Shown: positions 37,601 through 50,143 of the stretch, one piece after another
Layout of the letters: the number at the start of each line of letters is the position of its first letter
How positions within the stretch are numbered: the first letter of the stretch is position 1
NCBI GenBank assembly: GCA_043228905.1
Contig: JBHGNT010000002.1
Coordinates: 24,180,001 to 24,244,000 of the forward strand
From: Azolla caroliniana
Lineage: Eukaryota; Plantae; Polypodiophyta
DNA length: 64,000 nt
Direction of reading: 5' to 3'
Notes under the pieces: generated by a model
The model's database searches: none
Told to the model about the DNA's origin: nothing
Seen by the model: the letters and a program-made list of their open reading frames with translations, nothing else
Position numbers and translations under genes: made by a program

Positions 37601-40600
37601 GAATTCGCGTCGAATTCCCATTTGTTGTAGATAACCGTTGAATTGACCGGAAAAGTACTCTTTTCTGCCATCCGACCGCAGGCACTTGATCTTTTGTCCC
37701 GTTTCCGTTTCCACGAACCCTTTGAGGTCACAAAAACAGTTGAAGACTTCGCTCTTCCTCTCAATGAGGTAGATCCACGTGTGCCGCGTGTGGTTGTCGA
37801 TGAACGAGATGAAATATCGGCTCCCGCCAAGACTAACGTTTTGTGTCGGCCCCCACACATCGGAGTGTATAAGGTCGAGCTTGTTCCGGCTCCGGTTTCG
37901 CTCGTTGGGGAAAGGAAGTCGGTCTTGCTTCCCGAGCTGGCAGGCTTCACAAATTTGTGCCTTTCGGCCACTAAATTTGGGCAATCCGAACAATACCTGT
38001 TTCGATTGCAGATCTTGAAGCCGCTGGTAGTTGACGTGGCCTATCCGCTTGTGCCACAAGTCGATGTCCGACTCGGTTTTTCTTCCCTTTGCGAACATTG
38101 CGGTGCCGCCGTCAGTGGAGTCGAGGATGAACATCCTCCCGTCTCTACGCCCTTGCGCAATTACACGGCCTTCTTCCTCAATGAAGCACCCGAGGTGTGT
38201 AAACCGAACCTCCATCCCTTGGTCGACGATCTGTCCAACTGAGACCAAGTTCTTCATGATTGTCCGAACATGCAGTACGTTCATGAGCTTCCCTTTTTGC
38301 CCGACATGGCTAAGGGGAACTTCTCCGACATTCGCGATCGGATGCGGAGTGTCGTCTCCAGTTGCGACTACTCCAGGTTGTATCGGTTTTTCAAGGTACG
38401 AGAACCACTCCTTATGGCTCGTCATGTGGTTTGACGCACCAGAGTCTACGTACCACACCTCGTCCGATCTCGGGGGGATCCGTTTCATTGAGTTTGCTTC
38501 GTGTCTCATCACGAAGACAGACCCTTCGCCGACTCTCCCGGAGTCTTCGGCATAGTGCGATCGCTGCCGATTTCCCTTGTCGGTATGTCCGGAGCCGTTT
38601 TCGGAACCGGTTCTCTCCGAATCGGCGCACTTCTTCCAGCACTCACTTTCCCTGTGGCCTTTCTTGCCACAGTACCAGCACTCCGTGATGGCCTTCCCTT
38701 GCCGGTTCTCATCGCTTCGACTCCCACTATTTCCGGAGGGTCCGGAGTTGCTGTCGGCATCACTTCGGTGCCTTCTTCCTTGATCTCGTCGGCCGCCTCC
38801 ATTGCGCACCGACTCGCCTCGTCCTCCATGTCCACGGGGCCTATCTCCCTCCATGTAAAGCATTCTGCTGTCGGCGTACGTGCTTGTAGACGCACCCGCG
38901 TGGTTCTCCTCTACCAGGAGCATCGATTGTAAGTCGAAAAAGGACGGCGTATTCTCCCAGGTACACACAGCCATTTGGAACGCTCCGAACTTCGACGCCA
39001 AACCTTCGAGACAGATCTGGACAATCTCGCTCTCCTCGATTTTGACCTCTATGGAGGCGAGGGAGTCGCAGATATCCTTGATCTTCGAGGTATAGTCCGC
39101 CACCGACAAGTCGCGTTGTCGTAGGTTGCTCAACTCTTGTCGGAGCTGAAGCTTCCTGGCTGTGGTGCTCGCGGCGAAACTCTTCTTCAAATTTTCCCAC
39201 GCGCGTCTTTGCATCCCGAACATAGCTCAATAGTTATTCGCCCACACACGACGCGAAGCAGTATAATACCCTGCTCGCCGATTGCTCCCACGATGGGAAG
39301 TCTCTGTGTGTCGATTCGGGTGCCGCGTCATTAGCTCCTTCGACATAACTCCAGTAGCCATGCCTGAGTAGGTACTGGTGCATCTTGTAGGACCAAGACG
39401 CGTAGTTGGTTCTGTCGAGCTTCTCTGTTGGAAGCGAGCTCGCCATGCCTCTATCCATCGTTCTTCTTGTTCTTCTTCGTCAAGCTGTGTCGGCTGCAGA
39501 GAGGTTCTCAACCCTCGCGCTCTGATACCATGTAAAAAGTAGTGTGCGGAAGCAAGTATGAAGACCGAACAGAAGGAAGAAAACTCAGGTTTAATGGAGA
39601 GCTTGAGCTTACGCAGTATACGCGAGAGAGACAAAAAGAGAGAGAGTGAGAGAGAGCGAACACAAGAAGTATATTCAACACTCTATTTTCGACTCTATAC
39701 ATATGTGTGTTCAGTGAACACTTTTATACAAGTCCAAGAAGGACTGACAGAAGTACTAACAGTACTTCAATGCTCATTGAGAGCTCCTACACTAACTCCC
39801 AAACATATTCCTCACGGAATATCTTTCCTAACGGCCTCCCGGTTTACGCACCGATCCGGCCCTACCTACACACCGATCTGCGTACTAGTTTACGCACTCG
39901 GCCTAACCGATCGTTCCAACCGATCCGGTCCTCGGCTTCTTCAGCCGATCCGGCCGATGTTGAGCTTGTCTCTCAACATTTTCCATACCTCTCCCTCTCT
40001 TTTATAGCCTAAGGAGAGAGGCCGTTGCCATCCGTCCCATCATGATTATTCCCGGTCCTCTCGGACAGGGATACACCTCGATTCCCACCCTACTGAATGT
40101 GTGCTACTTAGGATTTCGCCTCAGGTAACTTGTACCTACCTACGGACTATACAACAAAACTTGTGCCCACGTGTAAGGGCCGGTTTACGCACGTTATACT
40201 CTGTTTCCGCCTAGGGACGGTTTTCTCCACGACAACGCCACACACAATTCCTGACATGTCCTTCGCATGCTCACACTAATGCCTTCACGATGGGTCCGTG
40301 TCCGCGCTCCATCTTCCCGTTCGCCTCTGGATTGTAAGCCGTGGTGAGAGAGAGTTCAAACAGCTCTTCGGCCTCTTGTGCATCCAACTCCCCTCGATTT
40401 GCTACGATTTTTCCCACGCACTTGTACTGGCAGATAACCTCCTCGATCAAGAACTGGCTACACTGTCGTCGTCGTCTTGTTCTGGAGTGGTCGGTCCTCC
40501 ACCTAGTTCGTCAGGTCTTCGCATGTTAGCACCAGGTACCGCATTTGCCCCACCCCCATCGGCATGGTCACTAAGTCTACCATCCATTTGAAATGAACGT

Positions 40601-43600
40601 TCGGCGGGTAGGTCGGGTGTAGCTCGTCCCTATGTCAGACGCCGAGTGGGCCTAACAACTCTCGCAGGTTGTCTCGAAGTGGTGCGTGTCATGGTACATT
40701 CCCGGCCACCAATACTTCTCTTTCAGTTTCACGAACGTTGCCCACATCCCGCGGTGGCCGGACCAAGGGCTCTCGTGGTATTCCGACAACACCACCTTTT
40801 GCTCCTCTTTTCTTACCACTACTCGGAGTGGAAAGCTACTATGCTTCTTCGGGTGCTTCCATATACTCCCATCCCGGAGGAAGAAATGGCACGCCTTCTT
40901 TCGGATTTGGTTCGCTTCTTCGCGTTTGCCTCCCTGTAGGCTTGTTGGACCTGTCGATAGGTCATTCGCCGCGATCTCATAGTGTGCATGCTTCCCCGTT
41001 GGCCCTTCTTTCGACCGCATGCACGCTTCTTGTTCCTTTGCATATGCAGTGTCCTCTGTCCGAGGAGCACCCATGATGGCCTGCTTGGTCTCCGTTGATC
41101 ATTGCGTCATCCCAATTCTCGTTCCGTGTTGATCTCCACCGCCTTTGTCCCCTCGCCGCCACCTACCTTCTCCTTGGTTTTATGTTGTCACGGCGGCCAA
41201 ACTGCCAAGGTCTCTGGAACTAGTGTGGAGGATCCCTCTCCGGCCTTCTACGCGAGATCACGTGGACCGGCAACCCATCTTTGCGCTTGTATTCCCGCTT
41301 TGGCACCTCCGTGTGCCGCACATCCCCTTCTCGTGTTCGGCACCGCCCGTGCCGAATTCCGGTTACTTCCCATGCACGCGTCATCGGCCCTCGCCCGGCC
41401 AGATCGTGCATCGCCGCTTCTCCGGATACCAATGTCCTCCGCGTACAAGGAACACTTTCGTCTTCCGTTGCGGCCACCGGTTCGGAGCCTTCCACTTGGC
41501 GTCATCCCCTCGCCCCCACCAGCTTGTTACCTCGGGTTTGGCTTGCCACGCCAGTCGTTGCCACTCTGACTGAGCCGCTGAGATCCCGCACGCTTATCTT
41601 CTACCAGGACCTCGTAGTTCTGGCATGCCGCTTCCACGAAACTGGTCTTTTCTTCGACCGGATTGTTCCACCCCGTAACCTCCCCGACTCGCTTCTCCAC
41701 GCGGTCTGCTTCCTCCTTCCTCAACCGCACCCCAGAAAGGCCTTCCAACATTAGTGGCCAAAACCTTGAGTCTTTCGGTTTCAGGCCGCCTTAGATACCG
41801 GCCGATGTGGAGTAATGTATGGCGTCGTCGTGTTGCGTTGCTGCCTACTCCATTAACCGTTTCATCCCGCCCCGACCTATGTTCCATCTCAAGGCGTCCC
41901 AAGTTTCACTCTCGTGCACCTGCCCATTCCGCAGGTACACCACATTGCTTCTGAGTGGCTCTATGAAATCCGCGCAATCCCTTCGAGTGTGGCCGATCGC
42001 ATTGCACCACATACATCGTTGATCGGTCGGAGGCTTTCGGTCGCGAGCTTGTCCCCCGCTGTTCCTTCGGGCATGTGCAATCTAGAGGCTCGTACCATCT
42101 TCGTGAGCTCCTCAAGACCTGCGCCTCTAGATGGATCCTTGACCGCATCGGTCGGAACCGCGGCAGCCTCAAACCACCTTCATGTCTCTTCCGTTTTTGC
42201 CGGGGTCGGTTCCCTCGATCTCCTCCCGATTGCCGCGCCTGCTGCCCTAAGGCCCTGGTCGCTCCATTCACGTTGTTTGTCGAAACGGCTACAAACCCCT
42301 TTGACAATGGCCCAATCGGCCATAAGCCCCTCATCCGTCTACAATAGAGGACCCACACTTTCCCGATCAAGCGCGTTCACCGACTTGGTGAAGAGCAGGA
42401 CCCGGCTCGTATCGAGCACAGTTTGGTCGAGCGTCGAGAGTCGAGCAAATCGCTTTTCAAACTCCTGGAGGAGAGCCGATTTATTCCTCTCTTTCCTAGG
42501 ACTCTTGACCCACTCCATGACCTCCCGCTTCGACAGCCGAAGCGAGTCATCGTACCCACACCTCTCAAGGAGTCGTACTTCGAACTCCTCCCAGTTTCAG
42601 CAGGCTGCCTACACCAAGAGCACCTCCGTGTGAATGCTCGACGAAAGCACCGGAGGGAATCCGGACAACCATTTTTCCACTGGTATGTCCCACTCTACCA
42701 TTTTAGACCGGTAAGCCTCAAGATAGCTTGCTGCATTTTTTCCACCAAATCGGCCTATTGCTCCAACGATTGATTCGATGGCCCTATCAAGGGCTCCCGT
42801 GCCCTCGCGAGCGCTCACCAGACAGTCTACCGCCGCCGCCATGGCTTCAGCAAGTTCCGTTCCCCTAATCTTCAGGATTCCTCTGCCGCCTGTTTCACAT
42901 CGGCTTCACCAAGATGTCGTGTTACTTCGTGTAGATGCGAGGAAACGTAGGCGGGATAGCGCCTTGGACCGAGGAATGCAAGAAGGGAGATAACAGAAAG
43001 AAACTCAGGACACACGGAGTACTGAAACAAGTTATATTAATAGGAAAATTACAACTGGCTCAACCGGGAATGAGCTATGAGCTCAGTTACCAACACATGC
43101 ACTCCACAGTCGTGACGCAATAGGGCCTTTGTCGGGAGCACTCGGGCTTCCTACACAAACAAAGACGTCTGTGCGTCCAAGAAAACAAAATCCCGGGATC
43201 AAGAAACAGGAAACAGAAATCAGAAAACAGGAAACAAAAGACGGATGCTCAGTTCCCAGTCCGACAACACCTCCTTCCCCTCAAAACATGTAGCCTTTTT
43301 CAACCCTTTCTCCCTCCTTTTATATACCAAGGAGAGCGGGCTATTACATCATGTAATTAATTCGGCCACCCCCGACAACAATTTTCTTAGATCCTAACTA
43401 AGTTCATATTCCTATTCAATGTACCCTTGCTTGACCTTGTCCCTAGTCCTAGGCTCTTTATAAGTAGTTATTATTCATGTGCCTCCCATAAGTGGCGATT
43501 CACACGTCTTTGGTCCCCTTTTCTCCTGTGGCCAGGTTTCCCCACGACAACGGACTGAAGTAAACTCCCCGGAAATGGTACCGGAAGTTCGACTGACTCC

Positions 43601-44174
43601 TTTGTGACCGACCAAGGGTACCACAAAACGCAAGCCGATCATTGCGTGTCTGTGAAGAAATTTGACGGAGGAGATTTCTTAATACTCCTATATGTGGATG
43701 ATATGTTGATCGTCGGACGAGACCAAGTCAAGATACGGATGCTAAAGAAGGCTCTGATCCGGGCCTTCTCAATGAAAAACTTGGGGGGTCTGGCAAGACA
43801 GATATTGGGAATAATGAAGTACATGACAAAGGTACTCCAAAGGTTCAACATGTCGGAGGCGAAACCGGTCGGAAGTGATCCGGAAACCGGATCGGTGGAC
43901 CTGGTGAGAACCTGAAGAGAAGACATACTTTTGTAAATATGTCTTGAGTGAGCCTATTGAGGCTATATTTGTAAATAGCCCTAAGTTCATATAAGTATAA
44001 ATATGACTTAGGGCAATCACTTTAGGTGGTATTGTGCATTGTTGTAACTATTGTATAGAGAGCGACAGAGAGAGAGGGGGAGAGAGATACAGAGCGATAC
44101 TCTTTTGTAACCACCATTGGGTGAAGAAACAAAGCTCGAGATCATTGCCTCCGAGTCTCTGATTGTACCCCTAC

Positions 44175-45206
44175 CTCCCCTTAGGTACAACCACACGATT
44201 GATAACACTTTAATCTCTCATGAAGACCTCAATAAAGTAATACGCCAAGACATATGGCAAATTTACACTCAGTATAAATGGATCACCCCACGAGAGCCAC
44301 TCCCATCTAAAATGTTGTACTATAAGGAACACTTCATGCACTTCTCTGAGTTAGGTTTTATCACGCGGCCAAAATATCTAGATGTATTCTTACCACATGC
44401 ACTAAGGGTTGCCATTGGACAACTTAAAATATCATCTCACCAACTTGAGATTGAGAATGGCCATACTAATGAAGTCCCTAGGGAGGAAAGGATATGTAGG
44501 TTATGTCACATAGAGATAGAGGATGAGTATCACTTTACATGCAAGTGCCCAATCTACGCTGAGATAAGGGCAAAATACCAAGACATACTTGGTTCCTCTC
44601 CCACCCTTCCCAAACTATTAGATACTCTAGATATAAAGAAATTAGGCAAATACATTCTAGAGCTAAAACAACACAGAGAGAATAAGTTACAAAATGTTGA
44701 CAATAATGTTGCTAATGTTCACCAACATGTAACAAATGAAGTTTTTCAGGAACAGGGGGAGCCAACAAATGTCGATACACTTGCACCACTCGGCCTTTCC
44801 CTTAATGAGGCAGAAAACCAAAGAAGAACCAAACGTCCTCGGGTGCTGGGTTTCAAAGCAATTCAACGTGGTGTCGAAGCAATAATGAAAATAAGGGAAC
44901 GTGAGCTACACCGCCTAGAAGCCATGGCTAGGGCACTTTCTACATTGGAACCACGGGTCACACCCCACTTCTTTTCGAGAGGCTTGGGTGGAAATAAAAT
45001 TAGGATTAGTGTAAAGTCACTTCCTTCATCGAGTATACCACGTATTGTACACTACTAGAACTCTTTTAGCTTAAGTTCTATGTTTACTTTATTTTATTTT
45101 AGTTATGATGACTGGATAAATACTCATTTTGTTGTAAACCAATTGTCTCATGGGCCAAATTTGGCCTTAGAAGAGGTTAATATATCTTTCTTCCTTTCTT
45201 TTTCTT
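44175..45206 (+). mobile_element. 5'-truncated non-LTR retrotransposon (LINE, RTE-X-like C-terminus) inserted in the copia E LTR
   Basis: ORF 44117-45058 has LKISSHQLEIENG...REERICRLCH..IEDEYHFTCKCPIY..IR, a LINE ORF2 C-terminal Zn motif. AT-rich 3' UTR ends in a (TCTT)n-like tail; host LTR resumes at ATAGTGATAG. Confidence 0.7.
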
Positions 45207-45372
45207 AATAGTGATAGTTTGGAGTTTGTGGGTTCCCGTGGTTTTTTCCCTATTAGGGTTTTCCACGTAAACATCCTGTGTTCACTCTTTAGTTCCCATT
45301 TCTGTGTTTCATTCTCTAATAGTGATTCAAGACCCGATTGTGGCCAAGCAATATTCCGCGCTTTACATTACA

Positions 45373-46045
45373 ACTCGCACATAGGCTCTGATCTTGCCAC
45401 ACCTCCGAGCCCTCCCGAAGTTACCCAAGCCGAGTTCAACCCCTTTCTGGCGTTACTAGAAGACCCGGACTTTGACACGATGGCGTACCCGTATCCCCAT
45501 TATATGGATGACCTAGACGCGGAGTCTCACATCCACTCTTTTGTGTCTACTTGGCAAGCCAACCATTCGACGTAGCATCTCACCGCTGCGGAGGTCGATG
45601 CCTCCAAGATCGCTGAATTCACACTGTCCCTCGATGGACCCACGATGCAGTGGTACTCCCACCGTGAGCCTAGGGAATTTGCGACATTTCAGGACATCCG
45701 CACACAATTCCTCGAACTTTTTCACCGACAAGTACTGAAGCGGGAACTGCTCCACGAGTTCTACGCTATAATGCAAGAATCGCATGAGACAATTTCTCAG
45801 TTCACGATCCGATTCCAAGATCTCTATCGGCAACTTGTGTAGGACATCTCTGCGAATCATTTAAAGCACATGTTCCTTGCCGGCCTCTAGGAGCTATCCG
45901 CACCACTCTCACCTTGCACGATTTTTCCCAACAAACCATCGAGCAAGTGGTCGCTCGCGTCCTTGCGATAGATAGAACCCAACATAGCACTTCCTTTTCG
46001 ATGGGGCCACTCCAACAGGCCTTGCCACCCCAGGAAGAGACTCAC
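45373..46045 (+). pseudogene. Ty3/gypsy gag fragment, same family as element L gag (inverted relative to 25160-25830)
   Basis: LATPPSPPEVTQAEFNPF, WYSHREPREFATFQDIRTQFLELF. Confidence 0.8.
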
Positions 46046-46231
46046 TTTGTTGTTTCACAGAGTTTTGACTTTGTCATTCATTTTAAATGGAACATTTGCG
46101 TTTTATTTATTATTCTTGTTTCTGTTTATTATGGTGTGGGGGACTGCATTGCTCCAAAGGATTAACATTTTCACCAACAAACAACTCCTTAATATTAGCC
46201 CCCAAGTTCTCTTCATTGATTGCATTCCCAA

Positions 46232-46617
46232 TTTTACTAGAAGATTTTACCATGAAAATAGCTGGAGATTTCAAGTCGTCAAAGAAATTGACATATATTG
46301 TATCTTCATAGAACGTTGCATATATGCACATATAAGACGGTGTTTGGTTGTAAGGTATAGTTTTTCCTCCTCCCATCTAGTGTACTTTCTTCCTACGATA
46401 GTTGAGAATTAAGGTTGTGTCCCACTCCACTTTGTCTTTTGACTAGTAAAAGGGAAAGATTTGTCCTATCTAATACATCTCTTTTTCGATCTATCAAAGT
46501 TTGGCGTTTTATAATGTCGTTGCACCCTCTTTTCTACAAAATACAAGGGATTTACAGAGTGGGTACGCAGCTTTATAATATGTGGGTATGTTATTATATT
46601 CTAGTATTTCCTGCACG
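46232..46617. repeat. about 390-bp direct repeat (second copy 48729-49118) within a decayed AT-rich minus-strand reading frame
   Basis: TTTACTAGA(A/G)GATTTTACCATG...TCTAGTATTTCCT(G/A)CACGT present twice. Confidence 0.9.
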
Positions 46618-46971
46618 TGGAGAGTAGAGACATCACGACGATGCGAACCCCTCTCGGCCTAATGTGGATGTGTGCCCTACCACAAGGGGGAACCAATTTG
46701 GTGGCGCACATGGTGAATGCGGTGAACAAGGTGATGAGGGATTGCATCCCAGACATCACCATGCCAGTTTTGGACGACATCCCGATCAAGGGATGTCCGG
46801 AGGACGCGTAGGACGATTTGGGGACGGACAGATGCTGGGGATTTGTCGTGGACCACATCTCCGACTGCAAGAAGATATTGCAGAGGCTTGAGGGCACTCA
46901 ACTTACCTTCTCCGGGGAGAAGTTGGCTTTCAGACAATCGGAGATCCTGGTAGTTAGTTACCTGTGTAGGC
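46617..46971 (+). pseudogene. Ty3/gypsy reverse transcriptase fragment
   Basis: SRDITTMRTPLG..LPQGGTN..MPVLDDIPIKG..LTFSGEK. Confidence 0.85.
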
Positions 46972-48464
46972 CAAGTGCTAAATCCTCAGTCCTTCGGGGT
47001 TCGGCTTATGGGTGTTGTGGTATGGAATGGGAGAGTATGTCATAACCGTATTACGGGTGACTATACACTGAGCTCGGTACTGTTAACTTAATCGTGGAGA
47101 GTGTGGAGATTACGAGGATGGATACAGAAAATGAGCTCGACATGAACAAATACAAAGAGTTCCGAGAACACAGAAGTCAGGCAAACAAAAACTATATTGT
47201 AGATGCTTGAATACAAAATTATCATTAGCTATTACAAGTTTTCCATGCCCTTTATATATAGGGTTATGGTCGGTTATGCTTGGCACGTGAACTGTTACTC
47301 TTTCTAAACATATTAATTACGTTTTCGGCTGTCCCAACGCTACTACTATTACTCGCTCTTCATTACGCTACGGCCCCACCTGTCTTCGTCTCTTATCGTA
47401 TTCGTCCCTTTGTCTTTTCTCCTTCTCGACCTTTCCCACTTGGTCGTCCGAGGCGGCCAACACATGGCCCACTTGTGGGACGTGCCTGGATGATCAAACT
47501 CACAAAAAACCTTCATACTTCATCAAAGATGTCCAGGATGTTCGTCTCCAGATAGTCTATCTCTATGGAAACGACGGGGGGTGTCGTGGTCTACGTCATA
47601 GGGGCGAATTCGAAGGGGGTCGTAGGCTCTATTGTCTCAGGTTTTAGGGGGGCGGTCCATTCCCTTAGTTCTGGTAGTTGGCTCTAGTTTAGCCTCTTGC
47701 GTTTGGTCTTCCTGCGGGCCTTCTCCTGCTAGTTTGGTGGTTGGTGATTATTTTGCTTGCAGCCCTTCTTCCGTGTGTGCAGCTTCTCATGTCGGCTCTT
47801 CGAGCGACTTTTCTTGCATCGGGACTTCCACCGTATCTGCCGTCGTGGCGCTAAGGTAATCCATGTGTGCATCCTCGGGTAGGTTCAACGGTGCCATGAT
47901 GACCTCTTGGATTTCTTCTTCGGACTGTTGCAATCCTTCTATTGCGTGCTCCCCGGAGTCGCTGTCAAGGAGAATGATGGTGGTCACCCTTTTTCCTTCT
48001 TCTTCTTCTGCTTGTTTTCAATTGCCTAGAGTTGGAGGTGTTGAGTTGGCTGTCTCCTAACTCCTCGAGCAATTGCACGATCTCCTCAGAGTGGCGATCG
48101 GCTAGGGCTTGATAATCTTGCGTAAGGTCCTCGTGGACTGTGGTAATGCTTTCCTCATTAAGTTTGTAAAAGCCCTCACCGTCCTTTTGCCGATTCTCCT
48201 AATCGACCCAGTACGTGCGGAGCTTTGTGGCCTGCTTTGCCCATTCGGCCCATCCTCTGTTCAGCGCCGCTTGAAGTTGTTCCGTGAATCTTTTGCGCTT
48301 TGTTTCTAGGCAGTTCTTTATGCGCTCGGTCTTTATCTCCGTGCGCGTCCACATCTCCTCTAGAGCCGACTTGAGGTTTGGAATGTTGTTTGCGTTGGAG
48401 GCCACATTTTCTTCATATCACGCCTTTACCTCCTGCCATAGTTTTGATTCTTTGTCGTGCAGTT
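46972..48464 (-). other. unclassified TE fragment: LTR-like segment plus decayed coiled-coil-like ORF
   Basis: TATA-like CCCTTTATATATAGGG at about 47250. Minus-strand pieces 48199-48405 and 47787-47987 are E/K/Q-rich with no known motif. Confidence 0.35.
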
Positions 48465-48728
48465 AGCAATGAACGCGGTTTGGTTCGGTTTCTTGACCTT
48501 GAAACCAAACCAAACTATTTTAATTTTATGAACCCATTTAAACCAAACCGTTTAGAGACGAACTGTTTAAACCAAACCGTTTATGAAAAATTTAGAACCA
48601 AATCAAATCGGTTTATCATAAATCAAAACCAAAACAAACCTATAAACCTTCAAAACTTTTAAACCAAACCACATAAGCCGAAACCGCTAAACCACTAAAC
48701 CGTGAAATTTAAAACCTTCACTCTCAAA
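48465..48728. repeat. AAACC(G/A)-rich array, probably a DNA-transposon/MITE subterminal fragment
   Basis: More than 12 AAACC motifs, preceded by inverted GGTTTGGTTCGGTTT. Confidence 0.55.
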
Positions 48729-50143
48729 TTTACTAGAGGATTTTACCATGAAAATAGCTAGAGATTTCAAGTCGTCAAAGACATTGACATTTATCGTATC
48801 TTCATAGAACGTTAGGGTGCACATATGCACATATAAGACTATGTTTGGTTGTACGGTATATTTTTTCCTCCTCCCATCTAGTGGACTTTCTTCCTACGAT
48901 AGTTGAGAATTAAGGTTGTGTCCCACTCCACTTTGTCTTTTGTCCAGTAAAAGGGCAAGATTTGTCTTATCTAATATATCTCTTTCTCAATCTATCTAAG
49001 TTTGGCATTTTATAATGTCGTTGCACCCTCTTTTCTACAAAATACAAGGGATTTACAGAGTGGGTACGCAGTTTTATAATATGTGGGTATGTTATTATAT
49101 TCTAGTATTTCCTACACGTCATGACATATATATTTACTCTAAATCTAAGACAATATGAATCCAACTTTTGTGTTTATTTTATAGTACTCAAGCCACAATC
49201 TTTCATAAATCTTCAAAAACATTGTTTCAGGAGTAGGTAGTGTAGGTTGATATACTTTTAGTTTTTAGACATGTATGCATTATGACATGCATCAAGCCAT
49301 TTATCTACATTATGGAGGTAACCTAAACAATCAAATAATGGCAATGGTTTTGAATTGAATTTCCTCTGGAACTTGCAACAAAGTAATTATATTGTGATAT
49401 GCACATAAGAGATCAAAACCAACCTAGTTAGCTTCTTACTTCTTACTCAATTTATAGTTCATACTAAGGTACCCATTTGGGTTAGCTTAGCTAAAAAGGG
49501 CATGCTAAAAGGGTGGGTCGTCTTAGGTACATGCATCCTAAAAAGGGTGTCCTAAAAGGGTGGCACAAAGGCACACATGCACACCACATTTCCCCCCTGA
49601 GAGAAACAAGGAGGTTTAAAACATGGGGAAAGGACAAGGGTCAGAAGATGGGCCTAGGGTGGCATGTTGGCAAGTTTGGAATGGACATCAATGGACAATT
49701 CTAGTGGGACGCGAGGATCACCCCCATAGAGTGATCGAAAAGGGCTGATTCGTGCGGTAACCTCCTACTTGACGGTCTTGTTGAGGCATTCGGTGAGGCC
49801 ATTTGTTTGAGGATGGTATGGGGATGTAAAAATCTATTGGACACCGAGTTGAGCTGCAACGACGTTGAGGACATCCCTGTGGACCTTCCAGCCTTGATAG
49901 TTGGATGAGGCTAGTGACGGAAAACGAGCTAGCAATCAGCGGATAAAGATCAATCGCTCCTGTGGACAGAGGGCCACCTAGACTTGGCTGAGGTGGGGGA
50001 CAAGAGGGCTATCGTGTAGGAAGGGGATAGGAGAAACTCGTGGGACAAGAAGTTAGTGGGCAACCTAAGGTGAGGGGGAAGAGGTGGATACTTGGATGTG
50101 GGGGACTGGTGCCCGCTTCTCCACCAATATGTGATATGCACAC

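Larger units (their letters stand above)
29107..39458 (-). pseudogene. copia B gag-pol (few stops and frameshifts)
   Basis: ORFs 39234-39458, 37394-39223 (CWYCGKKGHRESEC, WYVDSGAS, IN), 36338-37390, 35726-36328 (LYVDD) and 29107-29800 (RH). Confidence 0.92.
28459..39978 (-). mobile_element. Ty1/copia element B, full length, interrupted by copia C
   Basis: LTRs 39531-39978 and 28459-28841. TSD TTTTC. PBS TGGTATCAGAGC (39519-39530). PPT 28842-28856. Confidence 0.95.
28020..40234 (-). repeat. solo LTR of the 4-bp-TSD family (28020-28458 plus 39984-40234), split by copia B
   Basis: TGTCGCG...CACGACA termini; TSD ACGT/ACGC. The start is the reverse complement of the H LTR end (CGCGTAACAACGCGACA). 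Confidence 0.8.
27106..43549 (-). mobile_element. Ty3/gypsy derivative F (tRNA-Trp primed; gag, decayed PR region, IN remnants, no RT/RH seen)
   Basis: LTRs 27106-27581 and 42915-43549. 4-bp TSD ACGG. PBS 42894-42911, PPT 27582-27599. IN zinc finger HESPWSGH...CESC (40652-41074); IN C-terminus 27660-28015. Confidence 0.85.
26633..45372 (+). mobile_element. Ty1/copia element E remnant (RT pieces plus 3' LTR; relative of copia C); host of F and of the LINE
   Basis: RT 26633-27105 continues in register at 43554-43875 (KKSLYG|LK*TPRKWYRKFD). LTR homologous to copia C LTR at 43875-44175 and 45207-45372. Confidence 0.8.

Noticed and set aside
46560-46606. Helitron 3' end (CTAG|T)
   Set aside because: No GC-rich hairpin, and homology between the two copies continues past the CTAG.
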